From the NCBI GenBank assembly GCA_973895155.1, contig OZ316891.1:18533987-18597986 (forward strand): a DNA stretch of 64,000 nucleotides. The letters run 5' to 3'. The notes under the pieces are model-generated. The model did no database searches. It saw nothing but the letters and a program-made list of their open reading frames with translations, and was not told the DNA's origin. The position numbers and the translations under genes were made by a program. Below are positions 48,424-61,198 of this stretch, piece by piece. This stretch comes from Marsupella aquatica (Eukaryota > Plantae > Marchantiophyta). Numbering within the stretch: position 1 is the stretch's first letter; every line of letters starts with the position of its first letter.

Positions 48424-49461
48424 CCCTGGGCCCTCACTCTTACTATATCAAGTGAACCCCCCTGAGAACAGATACCCCCCGTGTACCCCTTCTTAATATT
48501 TTTGTTCACAAAAAAAATCCCTTGTTAATTTAAAAATATTAACTTTTCCTATTAAATTTTATCCTTTTGTAAATTATAATAGAGTTTTTCAAGGAATTGA
48601 AAACACCCTTGAATTTTTAGAATTACAAATATCATACTGAAATAGTTAAAACTTTATCTTTTCATAGGGGACTTGTATGTTATGCTCGATGTTCAAGGTA
48701 CATATTATATATAGATAAACAAAATTAGGACGAGAGAAAATTATAGTTCTTCCTATAGTTTACACATAGACCTGCAATTTTGTCTTAGTGTTCGCAAAAG
48801 TGCCTCTGAACTTCTAGTTTCATTAGTACTATATATATATGTATAATCCAAGAATAATACTTCAAAGTCTGAACCAACTATAACAAACATTGTTTGAGCG
48901 CTCGAGACCCCTCCCTCAATACACAAACACATCTGGCCTCATACATGGCTGTTTGATTCAAGGGAATTCAAAAGTAATCTTGTCCATCCATGTGGGATTG
49001 ATCCATGGATCCCCATCAATCCCAGTTTCCCAACCAAGTTGGGTCCAAAGATCCTGGCCCAAAATTTACTCAACTCCCCACTTAACTTCTAAACGTGCAG
49101 GTAAACATGTCTACCTTAGTTAGCCCATTTGTTCCACTATAAGGGGACCAACGAAACCAAACCTGCCTTAAGACGATAATAATTAAATATATGATTTACT
49201 ATATGGACACGTGTGCAAATGAAGTGATGACATGTGTGTCAACCATATAGTGACGCGTGTACTTGGCATTTTGGGTACCCTTGCATAAGATTTATGTGAC
49301 ATGTATTTGATTCTTGCCTTATTACTAGTATTGTGGTGAATGTATATAGAGGGATGTTGCCTACTTTAAAAACTGTTATAAAAATTAGTTTGCATTACAT
49401 TAAAAATACCCTTGCGTTGTTCGCACGTCCTCCTTGTATTAGTAACACTAAGGGCCCAGGG
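48424..49461. mobile_element. Non-autonomous TIR element (1038 bp), related to the 36482 MITE
   Basis: 11-bp TIR CCCTGGGCCCT. 8-bp TSD ACCAGGTT at 48416-48423 and 49462-49469. Removal restores AKNLVKHIYG. Confidence 0.93.
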
Positions 49462-50402
49462 ACCAGGTTCTTGGCAACATTTACTTCAATATGCATGGGG
49501 TCCAACAACCATCGTATCTGGAGGATCTGCAAAATGAGTGGAGAATCAGGTTTTGTTAGTAAGAAATTCATAAAGAGAATAAGTCTACAAGTCACTAACT
49601 TAAAAGAAGGTAAATTTATTTTACTTACCCTCCAATATGGCAAGTCCCACAAAGCTAAGCGCCTATTGACACCACAGTGCTTGGGTTGAAGTAACTTTGC
49701 CTCCACTTTCTCTGCCATCTGAATTTGGGCCTCAGCTGAGGGCCCATTGGGACATGGCCTAAACTCAGTCTCAGCCCAATGTGTGGTATTATGTTGCAAG
49801 ATATCATCCATATATTGGTAATCGAACCCTACTGCCCTCATATGTGGTTTGGTGCAAGTGGTTAGAATATCTCCCATGCAACTCGGGACCACATGAAGAG
49901 CAAGCAGAATAACCAGCCACCTTCAACCCGGATATTGTGGCCATACCTGTGAATGAATGGAAAAAAATTGTCAGGCCATAAACATTGGCCCATGCAATAG
50001 GACCCTGCACAATGCATGTCAAAAATTTTCAGTGACTGAGCATTACCTGGACCATCAGTGGTGCAGTGGGTGATCATCGCCCTCATCTGAAATGTCCTCC
50101 CATTATCCGGTGCACGAGTGACATCTATGGTCACTGCCCCAAACTCCCATAGCTTTTGCAATTCTTCATAAGCTGGAGCCAAACAAATATCCGGATTCTT
50201 ACAGGCTTGAGGACCAGGAATGATAGCGAGGAGAAGAACATGACCTTTCTTCATCGCCAACCATGGAGGGATATTCTGATTTATCAAGAGAACTGGTCAT
50301 ATGGACTTAGGCTTGCGTCGTTGCTTGTATGGGTTTACCCCATCTATTGCCAACCCCAATCGAACATTCCGCGGCTCTAGAGAAAAATCAGGCCAAGTGG
50401 TG

Positions 50403-53400
50403 TGTGGTGCTTCCCATAGCTCCCCAAACCCAAGAAACCCCCCCGCACAAGCCGATTCCCGCAGGTTTCGTCCTCGGCGAGGCCGTTTCCGTGGCTTAGC
50501 GGCATGGGACGCTGCTAATCTTCTCTACTACTATTAACATTTTACACACATATACTGGACAGATCCTTCATCGGGTCATGAGATACGTAGCCGGCCTATT
50601 CTAGGCCTTCCCTTGTATTCCTCTCCTGGTCTTCCATTAGGTATGTTTGGATTCCGCCGCTGGAATATATGATCCCCAATTGGCTTGGTTAAGTCGCTAA
50701 GACCTCTCTCAGCTCGACACATCCAACTCTCACTCCCTTGCTACTTCCCTTCATTGATGTGGGCACTCTTCACACAAGTTAATGCGACACACAAATAGCA
50801 AAATAACTCCTGACTGAGTTATACCATGCACTTGCCATACAAACAGTATATCTCATACACAAGCTCTGCGAACTAAACCGTGAGGCCAACTCTATTCAGT
50901 TCTTAGGCATGAGGAAACATGAATATACACAAGGGTCATTGTATAACTAACCGAGAGCTTCTCTTACTACTTGATCCTAGCCCTGCTGGTGCAACTAAAA
51001 ACTTGCTAAAGAAGAGGCCCTGAACTCCCCACAGCCCAGGTACTTATCCTGGTTGTGGATCCGCCTGATTCCTTGCAGCGTAAGCCTAATCTACTTATCT
51101 GTAATCTACCTAACTGTAATCTACCTATGTACAGCGAGGCAGGAGCACAAGTGTTGCCCTTACTTGTGGATCCGCAATCCCACTAATCTAAGTGTCAGGG
51201 CCGTCGCCTGGTCCTGATCCTTAGTCTAAACTTGGAGATCAGTGCCCGCCCTGCCCACTCACGCCTCCTACCTCCACGTCCGCCCTCCCTAAAAGGGACG
51301 GGCGCCCTTGCACCGTCACGACACCGGTGGCGGATCCTCAATGGACGCCCCCAACGCTTCCCCTGTAGCCACTACCGTCGGTCCGTCCTCTAACAGATTA
51401 CCTGCCCCGGACCAAGTCAACTCTTCATCGGCTTGACTGGGTCCACCCTCGGCTTCGGCCTCAGCATCGGCCACAACCTCCCTGGCATGTTCTAGTGGAG
51501 GATCTGGTACCTCGGCTTCACTACTGGTTGTCCCGGCCTCGGCCTTGCCATCCCCACTTCCTAGGACTGGTGGATCCACCGCCGTGTCGATGCTGGAGGT
51601 TGGTGCCGGGTTTATCTTCTTGGTCAAATGGCTGGAGAAGCCGTATAACTCCCAGACCCAGAAGGTTTCTGCTTCTTCTTCTTCCCTATTTCGACAGCTG
51701 GTCCCTTCCCCTTGCTACCTACCTCCGGCACCGGGGCGTGTGTCTCTGCTTGTCTTTCGGCCAGTACCCCTCCTGGTAACGGAGTTCCCACAATTGGAGT
51801 TGGACCAGATGAAGCTAAGCACTTAAATACTGTGGCCTGTTTCTTCAGCCGCTCCGTTTGGTTGTCGGCCCGCCGCTGTAAGTTCTCCATCTTCCTGGTG
51901 GTTTCCTCCAACTCCTCTTGGGCTTCCTCCAGGTCCTTCCGTCCCTCCTACAGCTCCTTTCTGGCTTCTTCCAATTCCAATTTTAAGGTAGCCCTCTCCT
52001 CCAGGGTTGCTCTTAGCTCCTTGTCGAACTCTGCTACGACCTCAGACTCCATCTTATTCATCTTGGCATAAGTCTGGTCGAGCTGGTCGTCCTTTTCACG
52101 CAGGTCGGCCTTGAAGTTGGCCGTCAGGGACGCAAGCTCCTACTACAATGCAATAATCCCTTGATAGGATTTCCCTAACTCGGCTTCCTTCTGCTCAAGG
52201 GCTCCGCGGATATCTTCGAGCTCTCCTTTCAATGCCCTCTCCCTTCTCTGAGTCTCCGCCATGGCCCGGTTGTTGGCGGTTAAGTGGGCCTCCTCTGCGT
52301 CCCTCAACTCCTGCTTCCACTTTTCCCTATCCTTGACCGCGCTGGCCAACTCTCCTTGGGTCCGAGTCAGTTTATCCTCGATAATTTGATTGCCAGACTG
52401 AGCGGCATCCAATTGTCCTTGCATGATGTTTAGCTCATGCCGCTTAATCCGCAGCTCATCTTGGGCTTTCTTGGCCGCCTACAGGACTTCCACCTCACCT
52501 TCCTTCTCCCTAAGCCACCGGATGACCTCATCCTTTTTGCTTGTCTCCAAAGCCACCGCCTCTTCTAATCGGTGCTTCTCCAACCTCTCCCTCTAGAAGA
52601 AAGGTCCCTGCTCCAACTCCTCCCCAAAGATGCTAAGCGCCAGGTCCCCACACATCTCCCCGTACTCCATGGCTCTATCTTTAGCATAGGTGGAGTAAGT
52701 AGAAGTCATCGGCAACAATCACCTCGGCCTCTGTTCCCAATCCACCTTGCGGATTTCTTCTACGGTGGCAAGAGGGTTGCTTCTTTTTTCGGCAAGCCGC
52801 CTGATGTCCTCCGGCCAATCTCCTCCTGGTAAATCTTTCTCCCTAGCCAGGGCTGCTTTCTCTTCCTCCCTAAGTCGCTCCTGAAACTCTTGTGCCGTCT
52901 GCTTTATGCCGTCAAAGCTCGGGGGAGCAACCTCTGGTGGGGGAGACTCGGGGCTACTCTGCTGGGTGGGGTCCCCTCAAACTACTCTTGGAAGTGTGGG
53001 GATAAATTGGCCACAGGTCCTTACTCCTGGAACATGATGATCCGACCCATAGCCGAAGTTATCATTGCTGTAGTCCTCCACCGCCTCCTCCATTGCTTGG
53101 ACTCCCGGCTTCCCCCTCTGTTCCCCTGGTCCTGCCGTGAAAACGGCCTCACAGACCACGGGCTCTTGTTCCTCCTCTAGGCACCAGGCTATCCTTTCCC
53201 TCTGCTCTCCGTGGGAAGGAGCCTTAGGCTGCTCTGCCTCCGATTTGGGGCTTGAGGCTCTCACATACATTCGCACTCCCGGCTTGTGTTCCGGCCTCCT
53301 TCTCTCCTTGGCTCCGGTAAAGGGGTTTTCCCTCCTGAGTCGGCTTAGGCCAACCTCTGGGGCAGTGTCCTATACCGGTGCCGTTGCCGTTGCTGGTGCC

Positions 53401-55113
53401 GTTCTCTCCTTCTCCAGCATTTTCAGCAGATTCTGCATGCCTGATTGCTGCATCGGCAAGTCTTCTTTCCTTGGCCGAAACACCTACTCGATCGTAGGGC
53501 TGGCAGGCTGGTTGGGCTCTTCTGTTGCCGGCCTCTGCTCTGGAACCTCCTCCAGTGCCCTTGCCGATAGGGGAAGTATTGGGGCAAAGATTTGACTTCT
53601 GGCATACCGGCACAACAGCGGCATGTGATAGCCAAGCCGGGACACGCTTCCCATGCCGATCGCCTACTGTTCCTCCTTCAAGATCTTCTTCAGTTGGTTG
53701 AGGAGGTACCCATTGTAATCCCGGCTTGGATCTGGCCTTTCTGCCAGGTAGACCTGAGCCTTGCCGATCTCTGCCCTCGGCAAGTTACAATGCATGGTCA
53801 CCCGCAAGAAATCGAACATCTCTCGATGTGCGGGTTGGTGCAGGTGTTCCGGAAGAAGCCATTCTTTGTTGATGGTCCTGGGAACGACCGAAACTCCTTG
53901 TCAAGTAAGGTCTTCCTGGTATCAACCTTGGTCTTATTACCCATCGGTAGGCCAAACACCTCGGCAATCACCCGGGGAGTGAGATAGAAATCCTTTCCAT
54001 ACACCCTCGTGGAGTTGGTCTCGGGTTCCCATGATCCCACGAATTCTAATAAGTCTGAGTCCGGCACCTCCGGCTTCAGCCATGGTAATCTTACAAAGGT
54101 TTCCAAGCCGGATCCGGCCATGAAGCCCTGGTACTTCTTGGTCTGCATGGCCGTAAAGCATGCATCCTCCTCCCGTGCAAAATGTAATTGCACTTCCTCT
54201 GGTAGGGTCTCCGCCCAGCCTTTCCAAGTGTCATCCTTTGTTGGAATGGCATTGATGGGATCATCCTCCTCTTTGGCTTCTCCCTGCCTCCTGTTCTGCT
54301 GCTCTGATGGCTTCCTTGGTGCTGCCGACCTTGTTCGTTTTTTTGGGGTGGCCTCTTCGTTGTTGTTTCCTTTCCTCTTCATCTCGGCTGCCGTGGATGT
54401 TTCTCCTAGCACAGTTGCCTTTGTCCACCCCTCCGTGCTACCCTTCAACTCCCAGTGCGCATCGTTGCAGTGGTTGATGGCTTCCCGAATGCCAACGATT
54501 TTGTCTTCGCAAAACAGAAGGTCATCGAGCTGATTGGCAGTAGGAGTCCACAAGAACTCAGCCTTGATGAGTTCTCCTCCTAAGAAGACAGACTTCTGCA
54601 GCTCCCACAGTCGAGCGAGCTCCTGCCGTTCGCGAGCTGCTCTCTCTGAGTCTTCATCCTCGTAAGTCCTAATGTACTCAGTTGCCCGTTCGAACAGGCA
54701 TCCCCAAAAATGTGCCGCTTGATTGACGTTGCTCATACCCTCCTTGACTCAATCGTTGGTATCTGTTCCCACCTAGAGTGCTTGCCTAAGTAGTTGACAG
54801 TATTTGGCCTCCCGTAGTCGTCTGCCCAGTTTGTGCTTGCAAATGAGCCACCATTCCTTGCGAGCGGTCCTTACCCCTCTCCTCCTCCGGTCTTCCCTCC
54901 CGTTGGTCACCCCTAGCCGCCGATGCTTAGCGCGCCCTAACCCTAATCGTGTTCTCTCCCCCGGCGTCCTTACTTCTGGCCTCGGCCCGGGTTCCATAGT
55001 CACCCTTAATTGTTTATATTTTCCTTGTCTTGTTACTATACTAAGGTGTTTCCAGGGTACACTCCTGCTTTTACCATGTAAACCGGCCTAGTGATTCCTG
55101 GCTAGGCATCACA
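50403..55113 (-). mobile_element. 4.7-kb TG...CA insertion, interpreted as a giant solo LTR containing a gene
   Basis: Ends are TGTGGTGC...GCATCACA. 5-bp TSD TGGTG at 50398-50402 and 55114-55118. Removal restores transposase KHIDTTWPDF. No gag/pol and no internal LTR pair seen. Confidence 0.85.
51316..54736 (-). pseudogene. Solo-LTR ORF: PMD/Transposase_32-like domain followed by a long coiled coil
   Basis: GSGLETFV...LLEFVGSW...VYGKDFYLTPRVIAEVFGLP, then fragmented coiled-coil frames 52424-51624. Confidence 0.6.
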
Positions 55114-57211
55114 TGGTGTCAATATGCTTCCACGCTGGGCTGTCGTGGTGATACCGCATAATCCCTGGTGGGGACTTGTTCTCAACATGCCAAGTTTGGA
55201 GTGTCGATAGATATTTTCGTCGATACAGATGTTGTAGTCGGGGTGTGATCAGGAAATACCTGAAGACCTGCAAAAACCACAGTCACAATGAACCCTCCGA
55301 TGTTAATTGAGATTAAATGTTGAACAAATCATCGTGTTACCTTAAATACCTTGTGATACACGAGGTAAATTGAGACGACGTTCATAACATCGGTAAGTGT
55401 AAAGTAACCTCGTCAATAATGACGTTAATAATTTTATGTCGTTGAGTAAGACGTAAGTACGTCGTATATACTATGATACGTAAGATACCTCCTGATATAC
55501 GTTGTAAAAGTTTGTTACGTTAACCTAGACGACGTTAAATGGGAAAAAGCCGCACTAGACAATTTAAACAACGTTTTTTGAAACGTAACTCTATGGACTC
55601 CTACGTTAATTTTGTAACAAATATCTTTCGATCATAGCAGGAGATCTTATCTCACCTTCTATGGAATTTTTTTGCCAATGGTGTCGGGCCGGTATCGTGG
55701 AAGCTTACATTGTGCCTCTGGGCACTCTGTGTGGTCCAAGTATGTCCCTCTGTACAGGATGCATCCACTTGGACACATATGGATAGTCTCTAAAGCCAAT
55801 CCAATTGAGGTTAACAACTTCTTAGCTTCCCTCACACAACCAGGAAGAGTGTTTGGTTGGGGCAAGAGTTTTTGGTGGAATAGCTGGAAGAGTGCATCTG
55901 TATGGACGTCTGAAGTGTTGAAAACTCCCTGCAAATTCAACATCAGCAAAGTGGCACCCAACCTGCATTCGTGAAACCAGGGGATAATTAGTTTGAGGTA
56001 TGACATTGGGTGTGGCCTGTACAAGTTCATAAGTAGAGTCTTGGGCTGGATCAAACCCTAAATTCATTAAATATTGTGAAAAAAAGAAGCTTACCGTGAT
56101 GATGGAGAATCCAAGAAGAGTGGAGTTTTGGCTTCCATTTCCAAGTGGTCCCAATCATCCTGGTCTACTTCCATGGTAGGCCTCATGTCCTCAGGTGCAT
56201 GTGGTCCAAAGTGAACGTCCACAAGGTGGGCAAAAGCATCCTCTTCAAGAATGGGTGCATCCCCCTCATCTCCATCATCCTCATCAAACTCTCCATCATA
56301 TGCATCATGGTACTCCTCATGGTCACTATCCAAATCATCAGGCTCCGGCCTCATTCACAATTGGTGTACCTCGCAGGAACCACTTTCAGGACTCAAAAAC
56401 ATGCTTTTTTAGTGAAAAATGACTTTCGTAACATGAAAAAAGGTTCATCATGATTTTATCTCAAGACATTCAAGTCTAATTTTTTCACAAGACTATTTTA
56501 CATGGTGTAACCTACCTCACCATGTAGATACATCAAGTTTTCAACTGTTTTAAGGGATCCTGTTATTGATGGCCCTAAATAGGCCAAAATTATTGATTAT
56601 TTTTGTCCTGTACATAAAGGTTTAGTGTGTGTCACTATTTAAGTTTTGAAATATAAGATTATGCTATTAGTATGCATGCTTTGGTAAAAATTTATTGTCT
56701 AAAATGCATTTTTTAGAGTCCTTTGGAGTCTTGAAATGATGTGACCCGTTGCGTGACAAGTCCTTTTATCAATCTTTGAAGGACATATAAGGAAAGCTTC
56801 AAAGTCTCAAATGCTAGATAGTTTAATGAATGTTACCAACCTATAGGATGTTTGTTAAGTATAGTACATCAAATTTTCTATATCATCTCATTACACCCTA
56901 AAAATGATATCCTAAAGCATAATAAACTATGGTCACTTTTGAGTGTGACGTTCCTTTTGGGTCCTCCAATTGTGAATGAGGCCCTCCAAGTCATCATCTT
57001 CATCATCATCAAAATTTAGAGTGGCACGTAGGTGAAAGGCACGCGCTGACATTGTCATCATGGATGGGTGAGGTGTAGGAGTAACATATGCACCATCCTA
57101 CAATTGTGAAATCCAATATTTGATACAAAGTCATATATAATCAAACGCAATAAACGATGCAACAATGTATTATGCAACAATGGGTCCATAAATTACGAAT
57201 ATGTCATATTG

Positions 57212-58678
57212 TCAATGCCAATCATAATCTACAAGAATCTCTTCCCCTGCTCTAATGGTGCGAGTAGCATGGGTCAAGATCTAATGCGTACAAGCCATGG
57301 GCAAACGAGGGTGAGTCTGGTCATGGTACTCATGCCACTCAGCGTTTGGCCTAAAACCTGAACGTCGAGAACCCAATGTGCTATTGATGTAACCCGCCAG
57401 GTTTCCAGTGCGCGGCGGGTAACCATCCATCTGAGCATACCTAGGGTCAAGCTTGACCGACATGCCATATCGACCAAAGGTCGGACATTGTTGAGACAAG
57501 ATGCGCCATCGTTGAGCAGAATACTTAGGCCCATAGAATGGAAAGACCTGAGGCAAGTCCTCGGGCGCACAACCATTAGGGACCACAATATCTACAAGCG
57601 CAAATAATCCAAGCCCTACACCAGGGCCCAATGTGGAGGGGAGGAGGACCCATGGGCGATCCCAAACTATGATAGGCTCCCTAATTGGAAGGTCCACAGG
57701 GAGCCCAAATTGGGTGGAAGGAGTCCTTTACAATGTCCAAGGCTCTCCCATGCAACTCTCTCGGTGCCCGAGCAATAGATGCATCAAGAAAAGGACAATG
57801 TGGTGGCCTCACCCTAGGCAGACGAGACTCCAAAGACTGTGGTCTAGTATTGACCATGACTCCCCTCGCAATAGGGTGCACCTATGAAACCCTCCTCCTA
57901 TCAAAAACACGGTCTATTGCCCTCAAAGTGGCATCTAGAGCTGATGGGGGCACCAGTGCAGTCAGAGCTCGACGTGCAACCTCTCTCATGCTGTCCTTAG
58001 GAGGTGACGGCACAACCAGAATCTGTTCCACATGTAAGCAAGAAAATCTCAGCATGCCAGCAAACTTGAGCATTCATGATTGAAGGCAAAGTACTCCAAC
58101 CTTGTGATAGTTAAAGTTAAGCAAAATGGTTTTGCAATAAGAAGGAAACTCACCTCGGGTATTGGTGGTACATGACGACCATGCATCCCTAAATGGCTAA
58201 CGACAGTAGTCCTCTCGTGAGATACAACACCCTTGCATCGTCTACAAGGGCAAGGCATCTTCCGGACTGGTCCAATCCCATGAAGAGTAGCCATGGCCTC
58301 TCCAAACCCCTCGTCCAAAGAGGAAGGTGAGTTGTGACCATGGGGCTCTGGATGACGATGAACGTCATATGGCCGATGGGGGCTCCTATCTCTCCTATCC
58401 TCCTACCTCTGTCGATGGCGATGACGTCGGGATCTATGACGTCTCAACCTCCTCCGCTCTGGCGAGTAGTCCCTCCTCCTCTCTGAAGAGTAGTCCCTCC
58501 TCCTCTCCTGAGAGTAGTCCCTCCTCCTTCTCGGCAAGTCGTCCCTCCTTCGCTCTGGCGAGTAGTCCCTCCTCCTATCAGGAGAATAATCCCTATCCCT
58601 ATCATGATGCCGGTATCTGTGACCAACAATCGTATCCCCATCATCTGTGTCATCGGACAGAGAGTCATAGATCACCAT
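57212..58678 (-). pseudogene. CACTA-2 Arg/Ser-rich repeat + zinc-finger + SET-domain gene (stops and frameshift)
   Basis: RRRDYSPE repeats, CPCRRC...HLGMHG, then PSTLGPGVGLGLFALVDI, PFYGP, MDG...GNLAGYINST, PNAEW, and past a TAG at 57281-57283: HATRTIRAGEEILVDYDWH*. Confidence 0.87.
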
Positions 58679-59121
58679 GTCCTACAACCAATAAAACCAT
58701 CTCTCATTTGAGAAAAACCTATACAAAACCCCTCACAAAAACCCATCCTTAAAACCCTACAATTACAACCTAATATTAGTTTTAACGTCGTTTTAAAAAA
58801 AAAGCCTAACATTTAACGTCCCGCTTAAACCCCGTTCGATGTCGGTTACATCTTACAAAACGACGTTCCTAAACTTAACGTCATTTAGGACAAGGTGCTC
58901 ACAGGAAACATCATTTGGAAGAGACGTAAACGGGACGTTAAAGAGACGTTAAAATGACGTGAATTGCAAGAAACGGCGAGCCCGCGAGGTTAAGCGTTTC
59001 CCCGGTCATTTCCTTCAGAAAACATCAGGATCGTGTTCGAATGCGAGTCACATTTGACATTCCCCAATGCACCTCTAATCCTCACCTCTCTTGGTCTCCT
59101 CTACCTCATAGAATCGCCCGC

Positions 59122-61198
59122 ATGTCTCATCCAGGCTACCTTCCATGCAGTGTGAACTTTGATGCAGTGAAGGTGGCCATGGAGGATCCAGAGGAGATGG
59201 AGAAGGTGCATAGAGCACTATGTTCGACACATTCACTAGTTCAGGCCTTCAACCATAGCTGGCAATTCATGGGAGGACAGGGAACGAAGGAGTCCAGGTT
59301 TATAGAGTACCTGGAGAGTATTGAGGCCAATGCTCCCGACCAAGAGGAGGTGGCCGAGGTTGAAGTGCCGGATGTCGTTGGAGAGCTTGATGGGGCATCG
59401 ATTGATCCGCTGCCTACATTCCCAACACTAGCAGACAATGGTTGGGACGATCCAACCTTCTGTGAGATCCAGCTAGATTCTCAGGCAACTGCTTGAACCC
59501 CTATCAAGAGTCAAGTGAGGATCGCACATGAGAGATATAGGGCAGACGATGAGAGGAGGGACCGTCGAGCACATAGGAGGAGGAGGCGATCTCGGTCTTT
59601 GTCAAATAGCAGCACTGAAAGGAGAAGGTGAAAGGGGAAAGGAACCAATGAGCACACGACAGAGACATCAAGGTCAAAGAGACGCAGGGGAGATCGACAT
59701 CATGGAGCAGAGAGGAGAAACAAGCACTCACATTCAGAGCGGCGATCACATCCTCAACAAGCTCCTGCTAGCAAGGAGCACCTCCCCACCATCACCCTTG
59801 CTACTTTTGATGCAAGGCCGGACGTTCTGGATGAGAAAGCACTCACAAACAGAGTGCAGACTTGTGTAACTAAACACTGCCCCGGTTGGACGACCTGGAA
59901 GGAGCTGGTACATAATGAAAAGAAGTTCCAGGTGCTCTTGAATGATGTGCAAGCTGGATTCAGAAATGGGCGAGAGATTGACTACCGCCTCATCAGGAAG
60001 AAGATTGTGAATCACCTCGCTGATCAACGGTTCAGGTGGAGAGCAAAGGTGCGCAAACTCAGGTGCATAAGGACGGGGGAGTATAAGAAACCTGATGGCA
60101 TGAGCGAAGCTGACTTCAAATTGATTGTCAGTGAACTTGAAGCAGCCCCGGACACCCCAGTTGGAAAGCGAGTGCGTATGGGAGACAAGGCCACTGCTGT
60201 TCGAAAAGCGAGTGGCAAGAAGGTGACAAATTTCTGGGGGCAGGGAGGATGGGGAGGATTTCTTGCAACCTATGTAAGTTCTCTTCCATTTCACATTGCG
60301 CAATCATTCAAATCAATGCCTTGTGGTGCTGCTTCAGTGTGAAATAGTAATTAACGTCGTTCTTTTAGATTAATGTCTCCATTGCCGAATTGAATGTCGC
60401 TCAAATCATCGTATTTCACTCTTTACGTCTCACGAGACGACGTTACACTACCCCTAACGTCGTCGTTGTGATGTCAATGCCATTGAGTAATATGTAACAT
60501 TGTTTGGGACGACGCAATTGGTTTAACGTAGTAGTGAGGTGTGTAAAGTACCTCCTCTTGAACGACGTAATGTGACTTTTGCTGCAGAAGCGAAAGTATG
60601 GCCGTGATGCCGACCCAAGTGAGCAAGAGCGCTTGTACTCCAAGCGATATGGCCCGGCAGCCCTATGGGCAAAGCTTGATTCAACTCCGGAAGACTTCCT
60701 AGTAAGTAGTGATGTCTTGGCTACATTGTATTAACACCATTCCATAGACGTAGAGTGAAAGCGTATCTTGTGCCAACCTAGATTGAAACCGTTCTTGTAT
60801 ACAGGTGGATTGGACTGCACCGGAGGGTTTAGTAGCACGACCCATTGCAGAGGATGAGGATGCTGACACTGTCCCGCTTGAGGAGGGTACCCAGGAGGAG
60901 GCCCCGGTACCATGCGGACAGCATGGTGGGACTTCTTGTGATCTTTTCCCTGAAGGAGGATGAGGGAGGGAGAGATGCAAGGAGGGAGATAGAGAAAGAC
61001 GGAGAGATAGAGAGATAGAGAGAGGAGGAGTAGTGGTGAGAGGCATTCCACTAGGGTACCTCGTAGCACTAGAACAACAAGAAGCAAGGTTGCGCCAGAG
61101 CCAGATAGTAGTACCTCAGAGCAGGATGACCAGAGGTACAAGTTGCGCCGGCGAGGCGGACAGTCAGGACGTGATAGGCAATCTCAACGACATTAGCT
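59122..61198 (+). pseudogene. CACTA-2 accessory (TnpA-like) gene
   Basis: Divergent from the SET/transposase unit as in CACTA-1. Fragments 59122-59496 and 59854-60272 (FWGQGGWGGF), then exons at ~60588 and ~60804 onward. Confidence 0.55.

Larger units (their letters stand above)
46751..57052 (-). pseudogene. TnpD-type transposase of CACTA-2, multi-exon, disrupted by a MITE and a solo LTR
   Basis: IHMCPSGCILY, RLGLAIDGVNP, NIPPWL, LDPMHIE, KSHDYHKLIQ, GPVHARWMYWVERFM, KDECGF. The start at 57052 (MSARAFHLRAT) is inferred from similarity to the CACTA-1 start. Confidence 0.9.
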
